Assembly: GCA_050187355.1 (NCBI GenBank) | Contig: JBFWXO010000006.1 | Span: 43,658-107,657, forward strand | Length of the DNA stretch: 64,000 bases | Source: Vicinamibacterales bacterium | Lineage (GTDB): Bacteria; Acidobacteriota; Vicinamibacteria; Vicinamibacterales; UBA2999 | Direction: 5' to 3' | Part shown: piece by piece, positions 14,300-23,102 of the stretch | Position numbering within the stretch: position 1 is the stretch's first letter | Layout: every line of letters starts with the position of its first letter | The notes under the pieces: generated by a model | The model's input: the letters and a program-made list of their open reading frames with translations, nothing else | Database searches by the model: none | Told to the model about the DNA's origin: nothing | Translations under genes and position numbers: made by a program

Positions 14300-14360
14300 A
14301 GCGGATCGCGTTGTCACGCTGTCGGGCTGTCTCGCCGCAAGGAGCATGCGTGTGGAGGTC

Positions 14361-15155
14361 ATGACCCGTAGATCGGGGCTGGCGGTGGCGCTGGCGGTGG
14401 CGCTCGTCGGGGCGGGGGTGGCGGGGGCGCAGCAGGCGAAGCCGTACGAGCCGCAGATCGGGCAGGGGGGCAAGGACGTCGTCTGGGTGCCGACGCCCGG
14501 TGCGCTGGTCGAGCTGATGCTCGACATGGCCAAAGTGACGCCCGACGACCTCGTCATGGACCTCGGGTCGGGCGACGGGCGCAACGTGATCGCGGCGGCC
14601 AGGCGCGGCGCCCGGGCCATCGGCGTCGAGTTCAATCCGGACATGGTCGCGCTCGCCCGCGATCTCGCCGACGAGGCGGGTGTGGGCGCGCGCGCGACCT
14701 TCGTCGAAGGCGACATGTTCAAGGCCGACGTGTCGAAGGCCTCGGTCCTCGCGCTGTTCCTGCTGCCCGACAACCTCGAGCAGCTGACCGACGCGTTCCT
14801 CCTGCTGGCGCCCGGCAGCCGCATCGTGCTCAACACGTTCGCCATCCCGGGCTGGGAGCCCGACGAGGAGCAGCACGTCGGCGGCGACTGCACCAGCTGG
14901 TGCACGGCGCTCCTGTATGTCGTGCCCGCGCGCGTCGACGGCCGCTGGACGACACCCGACGGGACGCTGGAACTGACGCAGACCTTCCAGATGGTGCGCG
15001 GCACCCTGACGGGGGCCGACGGGACGACGGCGGTGTCGGGCCGGCTGCGCGGCACCGCCCTGACGCTCGACGCCGACGGCCGGGCGCTCGGGGGCACCGT
15101 CGCGGGCGACCGCATCGACGGCGACGGGTGGCAAGCCACCCGGGCCGCACGCTGA
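14361..15155 (+). CDS. Class I SAM-dependent methyltransferase with predicted signal peptide
   Basis: VMDLGSGDGR motif I, AIGVEFN, FVEGDMF; hydrophobic N-terminus ending VAGA-QQ. Alternative start at 14346. Confidence 0.85.
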   Translation: MTRRSGLAVALAVALVGAGVAGAQQAKPYEPQIGQGGKDVVWVPTPGALVELMLDMAKVTPDDLVMDLGSGDGRNVIAAARRGARAIGVEFNPDMVALARDLADEAGVGARATFVEGDMFKADVSKASVLALFLLPDNLEQLTDAFLLLAPGSRIVLNTFAIPGWEPDEEQHVGGDCTSWCTALLYVVPARVDGRWTTPDGTLELTQTFQMVRGTLTGADGTTAVSGRLRGTALTLDADGRALGGTVAGDRIDGDGWQATRAAR

Positions 15156-15179
15156 CGTCGGGCCCGGCGGCGCGGCCCG

Positions 15180-15683
15180 CTACTCGTTGGTGACGGGCGT
15201 CGTCGTGTCCGGTTCGAGCAGGCGGAGATCCGGCCGGGCGTTCAGCACGCGCGCGCAGGCGTTCCAGCGGAGCGTCGCCTCGTCGTTGCCAGCGATCCGC
15301 AGCCGCTCGGCTTCTTCGTAGTGCCCCATCGCCTCGTGCAGCCAGTGGACGGCCGTGCGCGCCCGCCCGGGACCGCCGCCTTCGAGCAGGGCCCGGGCGC
15401 GCCGTTCCGCGACGAGGCCGGCGAAATACGCGCGCTCGTACGGCGTGTGGAGCTGTGAGGCGAGCTGCTGCGCGCGCGCGACCAGGTGGCCGTCGCCCCG
15501 ATCGAAGCGGTCGGTGAGCGCCAGGAGCAGCGTGATGGTCGCCTGATGGTTGCCGGGGTCGGCCGCGAGGATGTCCTCGCAGATGCTCTCGGCCTGATCG
15601 GGCTCGTTCAGGAGGCGGTAGCGCTCCGCTTTCGCCTGCGCGGCCGGCAGGGCCTCGGACGACAGCGGCTTCAGCGTGATCAT
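15180..15683 (-). CDS. Hypothetical helical protein downstream of sdhB
   Basis: 167-aa ORF 19 nt after the sdhB stop (KAERYRLLNEPDQAESICEDIL...WNACAR); function not recognised. Confidence 0.7.
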   Translation of the reverse strand: MITLKPLSSEALPAAQAKAERYRLLNEPDQAESICEDILAADPGNHQATITLLLALTDRFDRGDGHLVARAQQLASQLHTPYERAYFAGLVAERRARALLEGGGPGRARTAVHWLHEAMGHYEEAERLRIAGNDEATLRWNACARVLNARPDLRLLEPDTTTPVTNE

Positions 15684-15702
15684 GGCGCCCTCCTCGCGGC
15701 TG

Positions 15703-16440
15703 CTAGCGCAGCATCCGCAGCAACCGGGTCACGGGATCGTAGAAGCGATCGACGACCCGCTCCTTGAGCGGGATGATCGCATTGTCCGTGATGTGAATGT
15801 GCTCGGGACACACTTTCGTGCAGCACTTCGTGATGTTGCAGTACCCGATCCCGTGCGCGTCCTTGAGGTCCGGCAGGCGGTCGGCCGCGTCCAGCGGGTG
15901 CATCTCGAGCGCCGCCGAGTACGTGAGGAAACGGGGCCCGATGAACTCGTCGTGCTTGCCGTGATCGCGCAGGACGTGGCACACGTCCTGGCAGAGGAAG
16001 CACTCGATGCACTTGCGGAACTCCTGCACCCGGTCGGCGTCGCGCTGCGACATGCGCCACGTGCCGTCGGGCGCGTCGGGCGTCCGTGGGGCGAAGCGCC
16101 GGATGCCCTGCTTGACACGGTAGTTCCAGGACACGTCGGTCACGAGGTCCTTGATGAGCGGGAAGGTCCGCATCGGCTCGATCGTGACCGTCTGGCTGAG
16201 GTCCAGGCTGTTCAGCCGGGTCATGCACATCAGCCGCGGCCGCCCGTTGATCTCGGCCGAGCACGACCCGCACTTCCCCGCCTTGCAGTTCCACCGGCAC
16301 GCCAGGTCCGGCGCGTGCTCGGCCTGGATCTGGTGCACGGCGTCGAGCACCACCATCCCCTCGGACACGTCGGTCGCGTAGTCGGTGAACCCGCCTGAGT
16401 CCGCGGACGTGCTGCGCCAGATGCTGAATGTCGCCTTCAT
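15703..16440 (-). CDS. sdhB: Succinate dehydrogenase/fumarate reductase Fe-S subunit
   Basis: CRWNCKAGKCGSC...C, CIECFLCQDVC and CNITKCCTKVCP cluster motifs. Confidence 0.95.
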   Translation of the reverse strand: MKATFSIWRSTSADSGGFTDYATDVSEGMVVLDAVHQIQAEHAPDLACRWNCKAGKCGSCSAEINGRPRLMCMTRLNSLDLSQTVTIEPMRTFPLIKDLVTDVSWNYRVKQGIRRFAPRTPDAPDGTWRMSQRDADRVQEFRKCIECFLCQDVCHVLRDHGKHDEFIGPRFLTYSAALEMHPLDAADRLPDLKDAHGIGYCNITKCCTKVCPEHIHITDNAIIPLKERVVDRFYDPVTRLLRMLR

Positions 16441-16517
16441 CGTGTCCGTGCCCCGCTTCTTCCTTCGCCGCCGTACTCGTCGACAGCGCGACAGTGTGAC
16501 GGCGTGATCCTGGCGGA

Positions 16518-16557
16518 CCCTGTTCCCCGGTCCCCGGCCCCTGCACGCGTCGGTCCC
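16518..16557 (-). repeat. Heptamer-like G-tract repeat after the sdhA stop
   Basis: Minus strand reads GGGG-cc-GGGG-acc-GGGG-aaca-GGG (16541-16518); ggggacc directly follows the TAG. Confidence 0.65.
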
Positions 16558-18375
16558 CTAGGTCTTCTCCTCCTCGATCACCTGCGCGAGCTCCGGGGGC
16601 AGGGGCGGCAGCGGGACGCGCGACACCTGCATCGAGCCGTCGCCGGCGCGACGCGTCGCGACGTTGCAGTTGCTGAACTCCTTCGCCTTGTCCGGATAGT
16701 CCTCGCGGAAGTGGCCGCCGCGGCTCTCCTTGCGCTCGATGGCCGAGCGCGCGATGGCCTCGGACACGTCCAGCAGGTTCCGCAGGTCCAGGCACGTGTG
16801 CCAGCCGGCGTGGTACTCGCGGTGCCCGTCCACCCCGGCGCGAGCCGCGCGCTCGCGCAGCGAGGCCAGCTTCACGAGGGCGTCCTGCATCTCGGCCTCG
16901 GTCCGGACGATGCCCACGAGCGCCTGCATCATCTCCTGCAGCTCGTGCTGCAGCCGGTACGGGTTCTCGCCCGATCCGCCGCGTTCGAACGGCTCGAGCG
17001 ACGCCTGGATCGCGCGCTCCACCGCCCCCTCGTCGAGCGCCGCGTGGAGGTTCGCGCGGGCGAACGCGGCCGCGTGCTCGCCGGCGCGCTTGCCGAACAC
17101 GATGAGGTCCGACAGCGAGTTGCCGCCGAGCCGGTTCGCGCCGTTGATGCCGGCGGCGCACTCGCCCGCCGCGAAGAGCCCCGGGATGGACGACTCCTGC
17201 GTGTCGGCGTTCACGCGGATGCCGCCCATGATGTAGTGGGTGGTGGGCCCCACCTCCATCGGCGTCTTCGTGATGTCGAGATCCGCCAGCTCCTTGAACT
17301 GGTGGTACATGCTCGGCAGCTTCCGCTTGATGTGGGCCTCGGCGTCCGGCAACTTCTCCCGGATCCACGCGATGTCCAGGAACACGCCGCCGTGGGGGCT
17401 GCCGCGCCCGGCCTTCACCTCGCGGTTGATGCACCGCGCGACATGGTCGCGCGTGAGGAGCTCGGGCGGCCGCCGGGCGCTCTTGTCGCCCTGGGTGTAG
17501 CGCCAGCCCTCCTCGGGATCCGACGCCGTCTGCGGCTTGTAGTTGTCGGGGATGTCGTCGAACATGAAGCGGCGGCCCTCGCTGTTGCGCAGCACGCCGC
17601 CCTCGCCCCGCACGCCCTCGGTCACCAGGATGCCGCGCACGCTGGGCGGCCACACCATGCCCGTGGGGTGGAACTGCACGAACTCCATGTCGATGAGCTC
17701 GGCGCCGGCCCGGTACGCCAGCGCGTGCCCGTCGCCCGTGCCCTCCCAGGAATTGCTCGTGATCTTGAAGGCGCGCCCGACGCCGCCCGTGGCCAGCACG
17801 ACGGCCTTGGCGGAGAAGACGTGGAACCGCCCGCGCTCGCGGTCGTACGCCAGGACGCCGGAGGCGCGGCCGCCGTCGAGCAGCAGCTCGATCACCGTGT
17901 GCTCCATGTGCACGGTGACGCCCTGGTGGATCGTGTGGTCCTGCAGCGTGCGGATGAGTTCCAGGCCGGTCCGGTCGCCGACGTGCGCCAGGCGCGGGTA
18001 GCGGTGGCCGCCGAAGTTGCGCTGCAGGATGCGCCCATCGGCCGTCCGGTCGAAGACGGCGCCGTACGCCTCGAGTTCGCGGACGCGGTCCGGGGCCTCC
18101 TTGGCGTGGATCTCGGCCATGCGCCAGTTGTTCACGTACTGGCCGCCCCGCATGGTGTCGGCGAAGTGCACCTTCCAGCTGTCGCGGTCGTCGGCGTTGG
18201 CCAGGGCCGCCGCCATGCCGCCCTCGGCCATCACGGTGTGCGCCTTCCCCAGGAGCGACTTGCAGATGAGGCCCACGGTGACGCCGGACGCGGCCGCCTC
18301 GATGGCGGCGCGCAGGCCCGCCCCGCCGGCGCCCACGACGAGGACGTCGTAGCTGTAGGTCTGCCTGGCCGCCAT
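16558..18375 (-). CDS. sdhA: Succinate dehydrogenase/fumarate reductase flavoprotein subunit
   Basis: VVGAGGAGLRAA, AHTVMAEGG (covalent-FAD His), QFHPTG, THYIMGG, GANRLGGNSL, RKESRGGHFR. Confidence 0.96.
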   Translation of the reverse strand: MAARQTYSYDVLVVGAGGAGLRAAIEAAASGVTVGLICKSLLGKAHTVMAEGGMAAALANADDRDSWKVHFADTMRGGQYVNNWRMAEIHAKEAPDRVRELEAYGAVFDRTADGRILQRNFGGHRYPRLAHVGDRTGLELIRTLQDHTIHQGVTVHMEHTVIELLLDGGRASGVLAYDRERGRFHVFSAKAVVLATGGVGRAFKITSNSWEGTGDGHALAYRAGAELIDMEFVQFHPTGMVWPPSVRGILVTEGVRGEGGVLRNSEGRRFMFDDIPDNYKPQTASDPEEGWRYTQGDKSARRPPELLTRDHVARCINREVKAGRGSPHGGVFLDIAWIREKLPDAEAHIKRKLPSMYHQFKELADLDITKTPMEVGPTTHYIMGGIRVNADTQESSIPGLFAAGECAAGINGANRLGGNSLSDLIVFGKRAGEHAAAFARANLHAALDEGAVERAIQASLEPFERGGSGENPYRLQHELQEMMQALVGIVRTEAEMQDALVKLASLRERAARAGVDGHREYHAGWHTCLDLRNLLDVSEAIARSAIERKESRGGHFREDYPDKAKEFSNCNVATRRAGDGSMQVSRVPLPPLPPELAQVIEEEKT

Positions 18376-19179
18376 TTACAGGATCCTCAGGTCCGTGAGC
18401 ACGCCCATGGAACACAGCCGGACGTAGAGGTCGGAGGACATCACGCTGAAGAGGCTGCACCAGGCGAACAGCTGGTGCCGTCCGTTCAGGCCGGAGACGC
18501 ACGCGTAGGCGAAGTGGCAGGTGGGCGACTTCGACACCTCGTCGAGCCGGCCGCCCACGACGTGGCGGAGCACGTGGCAGCCCCAGGTATAGCAGGCGAG
18601 CAGGACGACGTTGACGGCCAGGATCACCGTGCCGACGCCGATGCCGAACTCGCGCGCGCCGGTCGCCGGGTTCTCGAACCACATCGCGAGCCACACGTCG
18701 TAGGTGAGCAGCGCGATGAAGACGAGCGCCACCCACATGAAGAACCGATGCGCGTTCTGCAGGATCAGGGGGAAGGAGTGCTCGCCGCGGTAGCGGGTAC
18801 GCGGCTCCCCGACGGCGCAGGACGGGGGGTCGGCCCAGAACGACTTGTAGTAGGCGCCGCGGTAGTAATAGCAGGTGAAGCGAAACAGGCCCGGGAACGG
18901 CAGGATCAGGAGGGCCGGCGAGAACGGCAGCCACCCCGGCCACGCGGCGGGGCGCGGACCGAACCAGGCGTGCGGCGAGTCGCCGAAGAGCTCGGGGGAA
19001 TAGAAGGGCGACAGGTACGGGCCGTAGGTGTAGTGCGCGTTCTGGAACGCCGCCCACGTGGCGTAGACCACGAACGCCGACAAGCCGACGAACACCGCGA
19101 GCGGCGTCGCCCACCACGCATCCCGTCGAGCCGTCGTCCCGAATCCGCGATGCACGGCAGACACCGGAATCACTTGCAT
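18376..19179 (-). CDS. Succinate dehydrogenase membrane anchor, actinobacterial Sdh1 (Rv0249c-like) type
   Basis: Multiple TM helices; FRFTCYYYRGAYY, PPSCAVGEP, YTWGCHVLRH, LNGRHQLFAW; its TAA abuts the sdhA ATG. Confidence 0.82.
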   Translation of the reverse strand: MQVIPVSAVHRGFGTTARRDAWWATPLAVFVGLSAFVVYATWAAFQNAHYTYGPYLSPFYSPELFGDSPHAWFGPRPAAWPGWLPFSPALLILPFPGLFRFTCYYYRGAYYKSFWADPPSCAVGEPRTRYRGEHSFPLILQNAHRFFMWVALVFIALLTYDVWLAMWFENPATGAREFGIGVGTVILAVNVVLLACYTWGCHVLRHVVGGRLDEVSKSPTCHFAYACVSGLNGRHQLFAWCSLFSVMSSDLYVRLCSMGVLTDLRIL

Positions 19180-19326
19180 CGGACCCCCTGAGCGTCTGAT
19201 TCCCGAAGCGTTTTTGCCCGGAAACCATACTCCAAAACCCGGCACTTCCGTGAATCGGTGCATGCGCCGGCGCGCGTGCGGCGGCCCCGGCCGCCCGGCG
19301 CGGGCCGAGGCGGGCGATAATCGGGC

Positions 19327-20796
19327 ATGAATCGCACGACGCCAGGGTCACCAGGCGGCCACGCCCTCGCGTGGGAACCCGAACGCACCTTCGACGCGCT
19401 GCGCGCCACCGAGTACGCGCGTCTCGACATCGCCGGGCACGTGTACCTGGACTACACGGGCGGGGGCCTCCACGCCGCCTCGCAGCTCCGGCAGCACCAT
19501 GCCGAGCTGGAGACGGAGGTCTTCGGCAACCCGCATTCGAACAACCCGACCTCACAGGCCACGACGGACCGCGTGGCGCGGGCGCGCGCCTACGTGCTCG
19601 AGTACTTCCGCGCGCCGGCCGACGAATACCTGGTGATCTTCACCTCGAACGCGAGCGGCGCCCTGCGCCAGGTGGGCGAGGCCTATCCGTTCGACAGCGG
19701 CAGCCGGTACCTCCTGACGTTCGACAACCACAACTCGGTGAACGGCATCCGCGAGTTCGCCCGCCGGGCCGGCGCGGCCACGACGTATCTGCCCCTGACC
19801 CGCACGGACTTGCGGCTGGATCGTGGCGCCGTGGCCCGGGCGCTGGCGGCGCCGGCGGCCGGCGTGGCGAATCTCTTCGCATACCCGGCGCAGTCGAACT
19901 ACTCCGGCGTCCAGCACCCCCTGGAGCTCATCGACGAGGCCCACGCCGCCGGCTGGGACGTGCTGCTGGATGCGGCGGCGTTCGTGCCGACCAATCGCCT
20001 CGATCTCGGGCGCTGGAAGCCCGACATGGTGGTGCTGTCGTTCTACAAGATGTTCGGGTACCCCACCGGCCTCGGCGCGCTCCTCATGCGCCGCGACATG
20101 GCCGCGCGGATGCGCCGGCCGTGGTTCGCGGGTGGCACCATCCGGATTGCCAGCGTGCAGGGCGAGGGCTTCTACCGGGCGGCCGACGAGGCCGCCTTCG
20201 AGGACGGCACCGTCGACTACCTGAACATCCCGGCGGTCGAGATCGGGCTGCGCTACCTGGCCGGCGTCGGCATCGATGCCGTGCACGACCACGTGACCGC
20301 GCTGACCGGACGGATGCTCGACGGGATGCGCGCCCTCCAGCACGCGGGCGGGGCGCCAATGGTGAGGCTGCACGGCCCCGACACCGCGGACGCCCGGGGC
20401 GGCACGGTGGCGTTCAACGTGCTGGCGCCCGATGGGCACCCCTACGACATCCGGCGCGTCGAGGAACTGGCCATCGGCCAGCGCATCTCCCTGCGCACCG
20501 GCTGCTTCTGCAACCCCGGGGCCAACGAGGCCACCTACGGGCTGAGCGCCGCGCAGATCGGGGCGTTCTTCAACCGGTCGCAGAGCATGAGCTTCGACGA
20601 ACTGCGCCTCGGCCTCCGGGACGCGTACGGCGTCGAGATCGGCGCCATCCGGGCCTCCGTGGGCATCGCGACGAACGGCGCCGACATCCAGCGTTTTCTG
20701 GGGTTCCTCGGCGGATTCCGCGACCGGACGGTCGCCGACGTCGGCGCGGGCCCCGTGCGCTCGACCTGCGGCGCCGAGGCGCGCGACTCGGCCTGA
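19327..20796 (+). CDS. Class V PLP enzyme, molybdenum-cofactor-sulfurase/cysteine-desulfurase-like
   Basis: YLDYTGGG, FGNPHS, DNHNSVNGIRE, LLDAAAF, SFYKMFGYPTG (PLP Lys), LRTGCFCNPG. Confidence 0.85.
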   Translation: MNRTTPGSPGGHALAWEPERTFDALRATEYARLDIAGHVYLDYTGGGLHAASQLRQHHAELETEVFGNPHSNNPTSQATTDRVARARAYVLEYFRAPADEYLVIFTSNASGALRQVGEAYPFDSGSRYLLTFDNHNSVNGIREFARRAGAATTYLPLTRTDLRLDRGAVARALAAPAAGVANLFAYPAQSNYSGVQHPLELIDEAHAAGWDVLLDAAAFVPTNRLDLGRWKPDMVVLSFYKMFGYPTGLGALLMRRDMAARMRRPWFAGGTIRIASVQGEGFYRAADEAAFEDGTVDYLNIPAVEIGLRYLAGVGIDAVHDHVTALTGRMLDGMRALQHAGGAPMVRLHGPDTADARGGTVAFNVLAPDGHPYDIRRVEELAIGQRISLRTGCFCNPGANEATYGLSAAQIGAFFNRSQSMSFDELRLGLRDAYGVEIGAIRASVGIATNGADIQRFLGFLGGFRDRTVADVGAGPVRSTCGAEARDSA

Positions 20797-20863
20797 GCCG
20801 CACACCGGGCGGCCTGACGAGTACGGCCGGCACGAGATTCGTGCGGTCGAGGTATGGTCAAAT

Positions 20864-21901
20864 GTGCCCGTCGAGGACCCTCGAGCCGTGCTGACTTCGT
20901 CGTTCGATCCGGAACTCTCGCCCGGCGCCCGTAACGCCGTCCGGGTGTGCCTGGGCGTGCAGCCGCACGAGCGCGTGACGCTCGTGACGGATCGCGCCTG
21001 CGAGGAAATCGCCGCGAGCCTGGCCGCCGAGGTGGCCGCCGTGGGCGCGCCCTGCCGCGCCTTCGTGCTCGAGGAGGAGGCGCCGCGCCCGCTGACGGGC
21101 CTGCCCGCGTCGGTGGCCGCCGACATGGAGCTGAGCCAGGTCTCGATCTTCGCGGTGCAGGTGCAGCAGCACGAGCTCGCCTCGCGCATGCAGCTCACCG
21201 ACATCGTGAACCGCCGCCGGATGCGCCACGCGCACATGGTCAACATCACGCCGCAGATCATGCGCGAGGGCATGCGGGCGGACTACCTCAAGGTGGACCG
21301 CCTCAGCCAGAAGGTCATCGAGATGGTGCGCGCCGCGCGCCAGGTCCGGGCCCGGACCCCGGCGGGCAGCGACTTCACCACCACGCTCAACCCGGACTAC
21401 CGCTGGCTCAAGACGAGCGGCCTCATCAGCCCCGACAAGTGGGGCAACCTGCCGGGCGGCGAGATCTTCACGACGCCGGGCGAGGTGAATGGCACGGTGG
21501 TGGTGGACGGCGTGGTGGGCGATTTCCTCTGCGCCCGGTTCGGGATGCTCACCGACACCCCCCTCAGGCTCGAGATCGCGAAGAACCGGCTCGTGTCGGC
21601 GTCGAGCGCGAACAAGGAGCTCGAGGACGCGTTCTGGCAGTACACGCACACCGACGAGAACTCCGATCGCGTGGGCGAGTTCGCCATCGGCACCAACATC
21701 GAGCTCACCCGCCTCATCGGCAACATCCTGCAGGACGAGAAGTTCCCGGGCATCCACATCGCGTTCGGCAATCCCTACGGCGCGCACACGGGCGCCCAGT
21801 GGCACTCCACCACCCACATCGACGTGGTCGGCACGGGCTTCGACATCTGGGTGGACGACACGCCCCTCATGGAAGGCGGCGCCTTCCTCGTGTCGGCCTG
21901 A
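20864..21901 (+). CDS. Aminopeptidase, M29 (thermophilic metalloprotease)-like
   Basis: NLPGGEIFTTP, VGEFAIGTN, ILQDEKFPGIHIAFG, THIDVV. Confidence 0.85.
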   Translation: MPVEDPRAVLTSSFDPELSPGARNAVRVCLGVQPHERVTLVTDRACEEIAASLAAEVAAVGAPCRAFVLEEEAPRPLTGLPASVAADMELSQVSIFAVQVQQHELASRMQLTDIVNRRRMRHAHMVNITPQIMREGMRADYLKVDRLSQKVIEMVRAARQVRARTPAGSDFTTTLNPDYRWLKTSGLISPDKWGNLPGGEIFTTPGEVNGTVVVDGVVGDFLCARFGMLTDTPLRLEIAKNRLVSASSANKELEDAFWQYTHTDENSDRVGEFAIGTNIELTRLIGNILQDEKFPGIHIAFGNPYGAHTGAQWHSTTHIDVVGTGFDIWVDDTPLMEGGAFLVSA

Positions 21902-21911
21902 CACACCGGCC

Positions 21912-23102
21912 ATGATTCCCGCGCTGCGCCAGCGATTCAATCGTGACTGGACCCCGGCGCGGCACGAGCAGGTCCTGGCGCGCCTGGCCGCCGCCACCGG
22001 CGTGACGCCGGCCTTCGCGGTCTCCGAGACGCCCTGCTTCCTGCCGGCCGACCTCGTCGGCGAGATGGCCGATGCCGGCCGGACCCTGGTCACGTCGTTC
22101 CTCGACGACGCCGCCGCCCGCGCCGAGGTGGAGGCGCTCGTGCCCGCGCGCTACGCGGGCCCGGGCCAGGAGACCCGTCCGACGTGCGTCCAGGTGGACT
22201 TCGGGATCGTGCGCGAGGCGGGCGGGCGCGCCGTGCCGAGGCTGGTGGAGCTGCAGGCCTTTCCCTCCCTCTACGGCTTCCAGCACACGCTGGCGGGGCT
22301 GTACCGCGAGGCCCACGGGATCCCGGCGTCGCTGTCCGCGCACCTCGACGGGCTCGACGACGACGGCTACCTCGCGCTGATGCGCGGCGTGCTGGTGGGC
22401 GCGCACGATCCGGCCCACGTCGTGCTCATGGAGATCGCGCCGGAGCGGCAGAAGACGCGGCCCGACTTCGTGCTGACCGAGCGCCTCTGGGGGGTCGAGA
22501 CCGTCGACCCGAAGGACGTCGTCGTCCGGGGACGATCGCTCTGGCGCGTCCGCGACGGGCGCGAGGTGCCGATCCGCCGGGTCTACAACCGCGTGATTCC
22601 GGACGAGCTGGACCGGACGGCGCACCCGATCCCCTTCGACTATCGGGACGACCTGGACGTCGAATGGATCGGCCACCCGGCGTGGTACTTCCGGCTCAGC
22701 AAGGCGTCCATCCCGTGGCTGCGCCACCCGGCGGTCCCGCGGACGTGGCGGCTGGCCGACGTGGACGTCCTGCCGGCGCCCCGCGAGCAGCTCGTGCTGA
22801 AACCGCTCTTCTCCTTCGCCGGCGGCGGCATCGTGTTCGGGCCCACCGACGAGCAGCTCGCCGCCATTCCGGCCCGCGAGCGCCATCTCTACCTGCTGCA
22901 GGAACGCGTCCCGTTCACGCCCGTCATCGAGACGCCGCACGGTCCGACCCAGGCCGAGGTCCGCGTGATGTACGTCTGGACGGACCGGCTGCGCCCGGTC
23001 CTGATGCTCATCCGGATGGGCCGCGGCGCGATGATGGGCGTGGCGCACAACCGGGGCCTGCAGTGGGTGGGCGCGTCTGCGGGGTTCGTGGGCGAGGCAT
23101 GA
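21912..23102 (+). CDS. Putative circularly permuted ATP-grasp (GspS/GSH-synthase-like) ligase
   Basis: VQVDFGIV...RLVELQAFPS, RVYNRVIPDEL, VLKPLFSFAGGG, YLLQERV, EVRVMYVW. Fold assignment is inference. Confidence 0.6.
   Translation: MIPALRQRFNRDWTPARHEQVLARLAAATGVTPAFAVSETPCFLPADLVGEMADAGRTLVTSFLDDAAARAEVEALVPARYAGPGQETRPTCVQVDFGIVREAGGRAVPRLVELQAFPSLYGFQHTLAGLYREAHGIPASLSAHLDGLDDDGYLALMRGVLVGAHDPAHVVLMEIAPERQKTRPDFVLTERLWGVETVDPKDVVVRGRSLWRVRDGREVPIRRVYNRVIPDELDRTAHPIPFDYRDDLDVEWIGHPAWYFRLSKASIPWLRHPAVPRTWRLADVDVLPAPREQLVLKPLFSFAGGGIVFGPTDEQLAAIPARERHLYLLQERVPFTPVIETPHGPTQAEVRVMYVWTDRLRPVLMLIRMGRGAMMGVAHNRGLQWVGASAGFVGEA

Noticed and set aside
20830-20844. GCACGA-gat-TCGTGC palindrome resembling the 7857 UAS and a sigma54 -24 element
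   Set aside because: Spacer is 3 rather than 4 nt, it is a single copy, and the -12 position reads GT rather than GC; could be a minor operator but unsupported.
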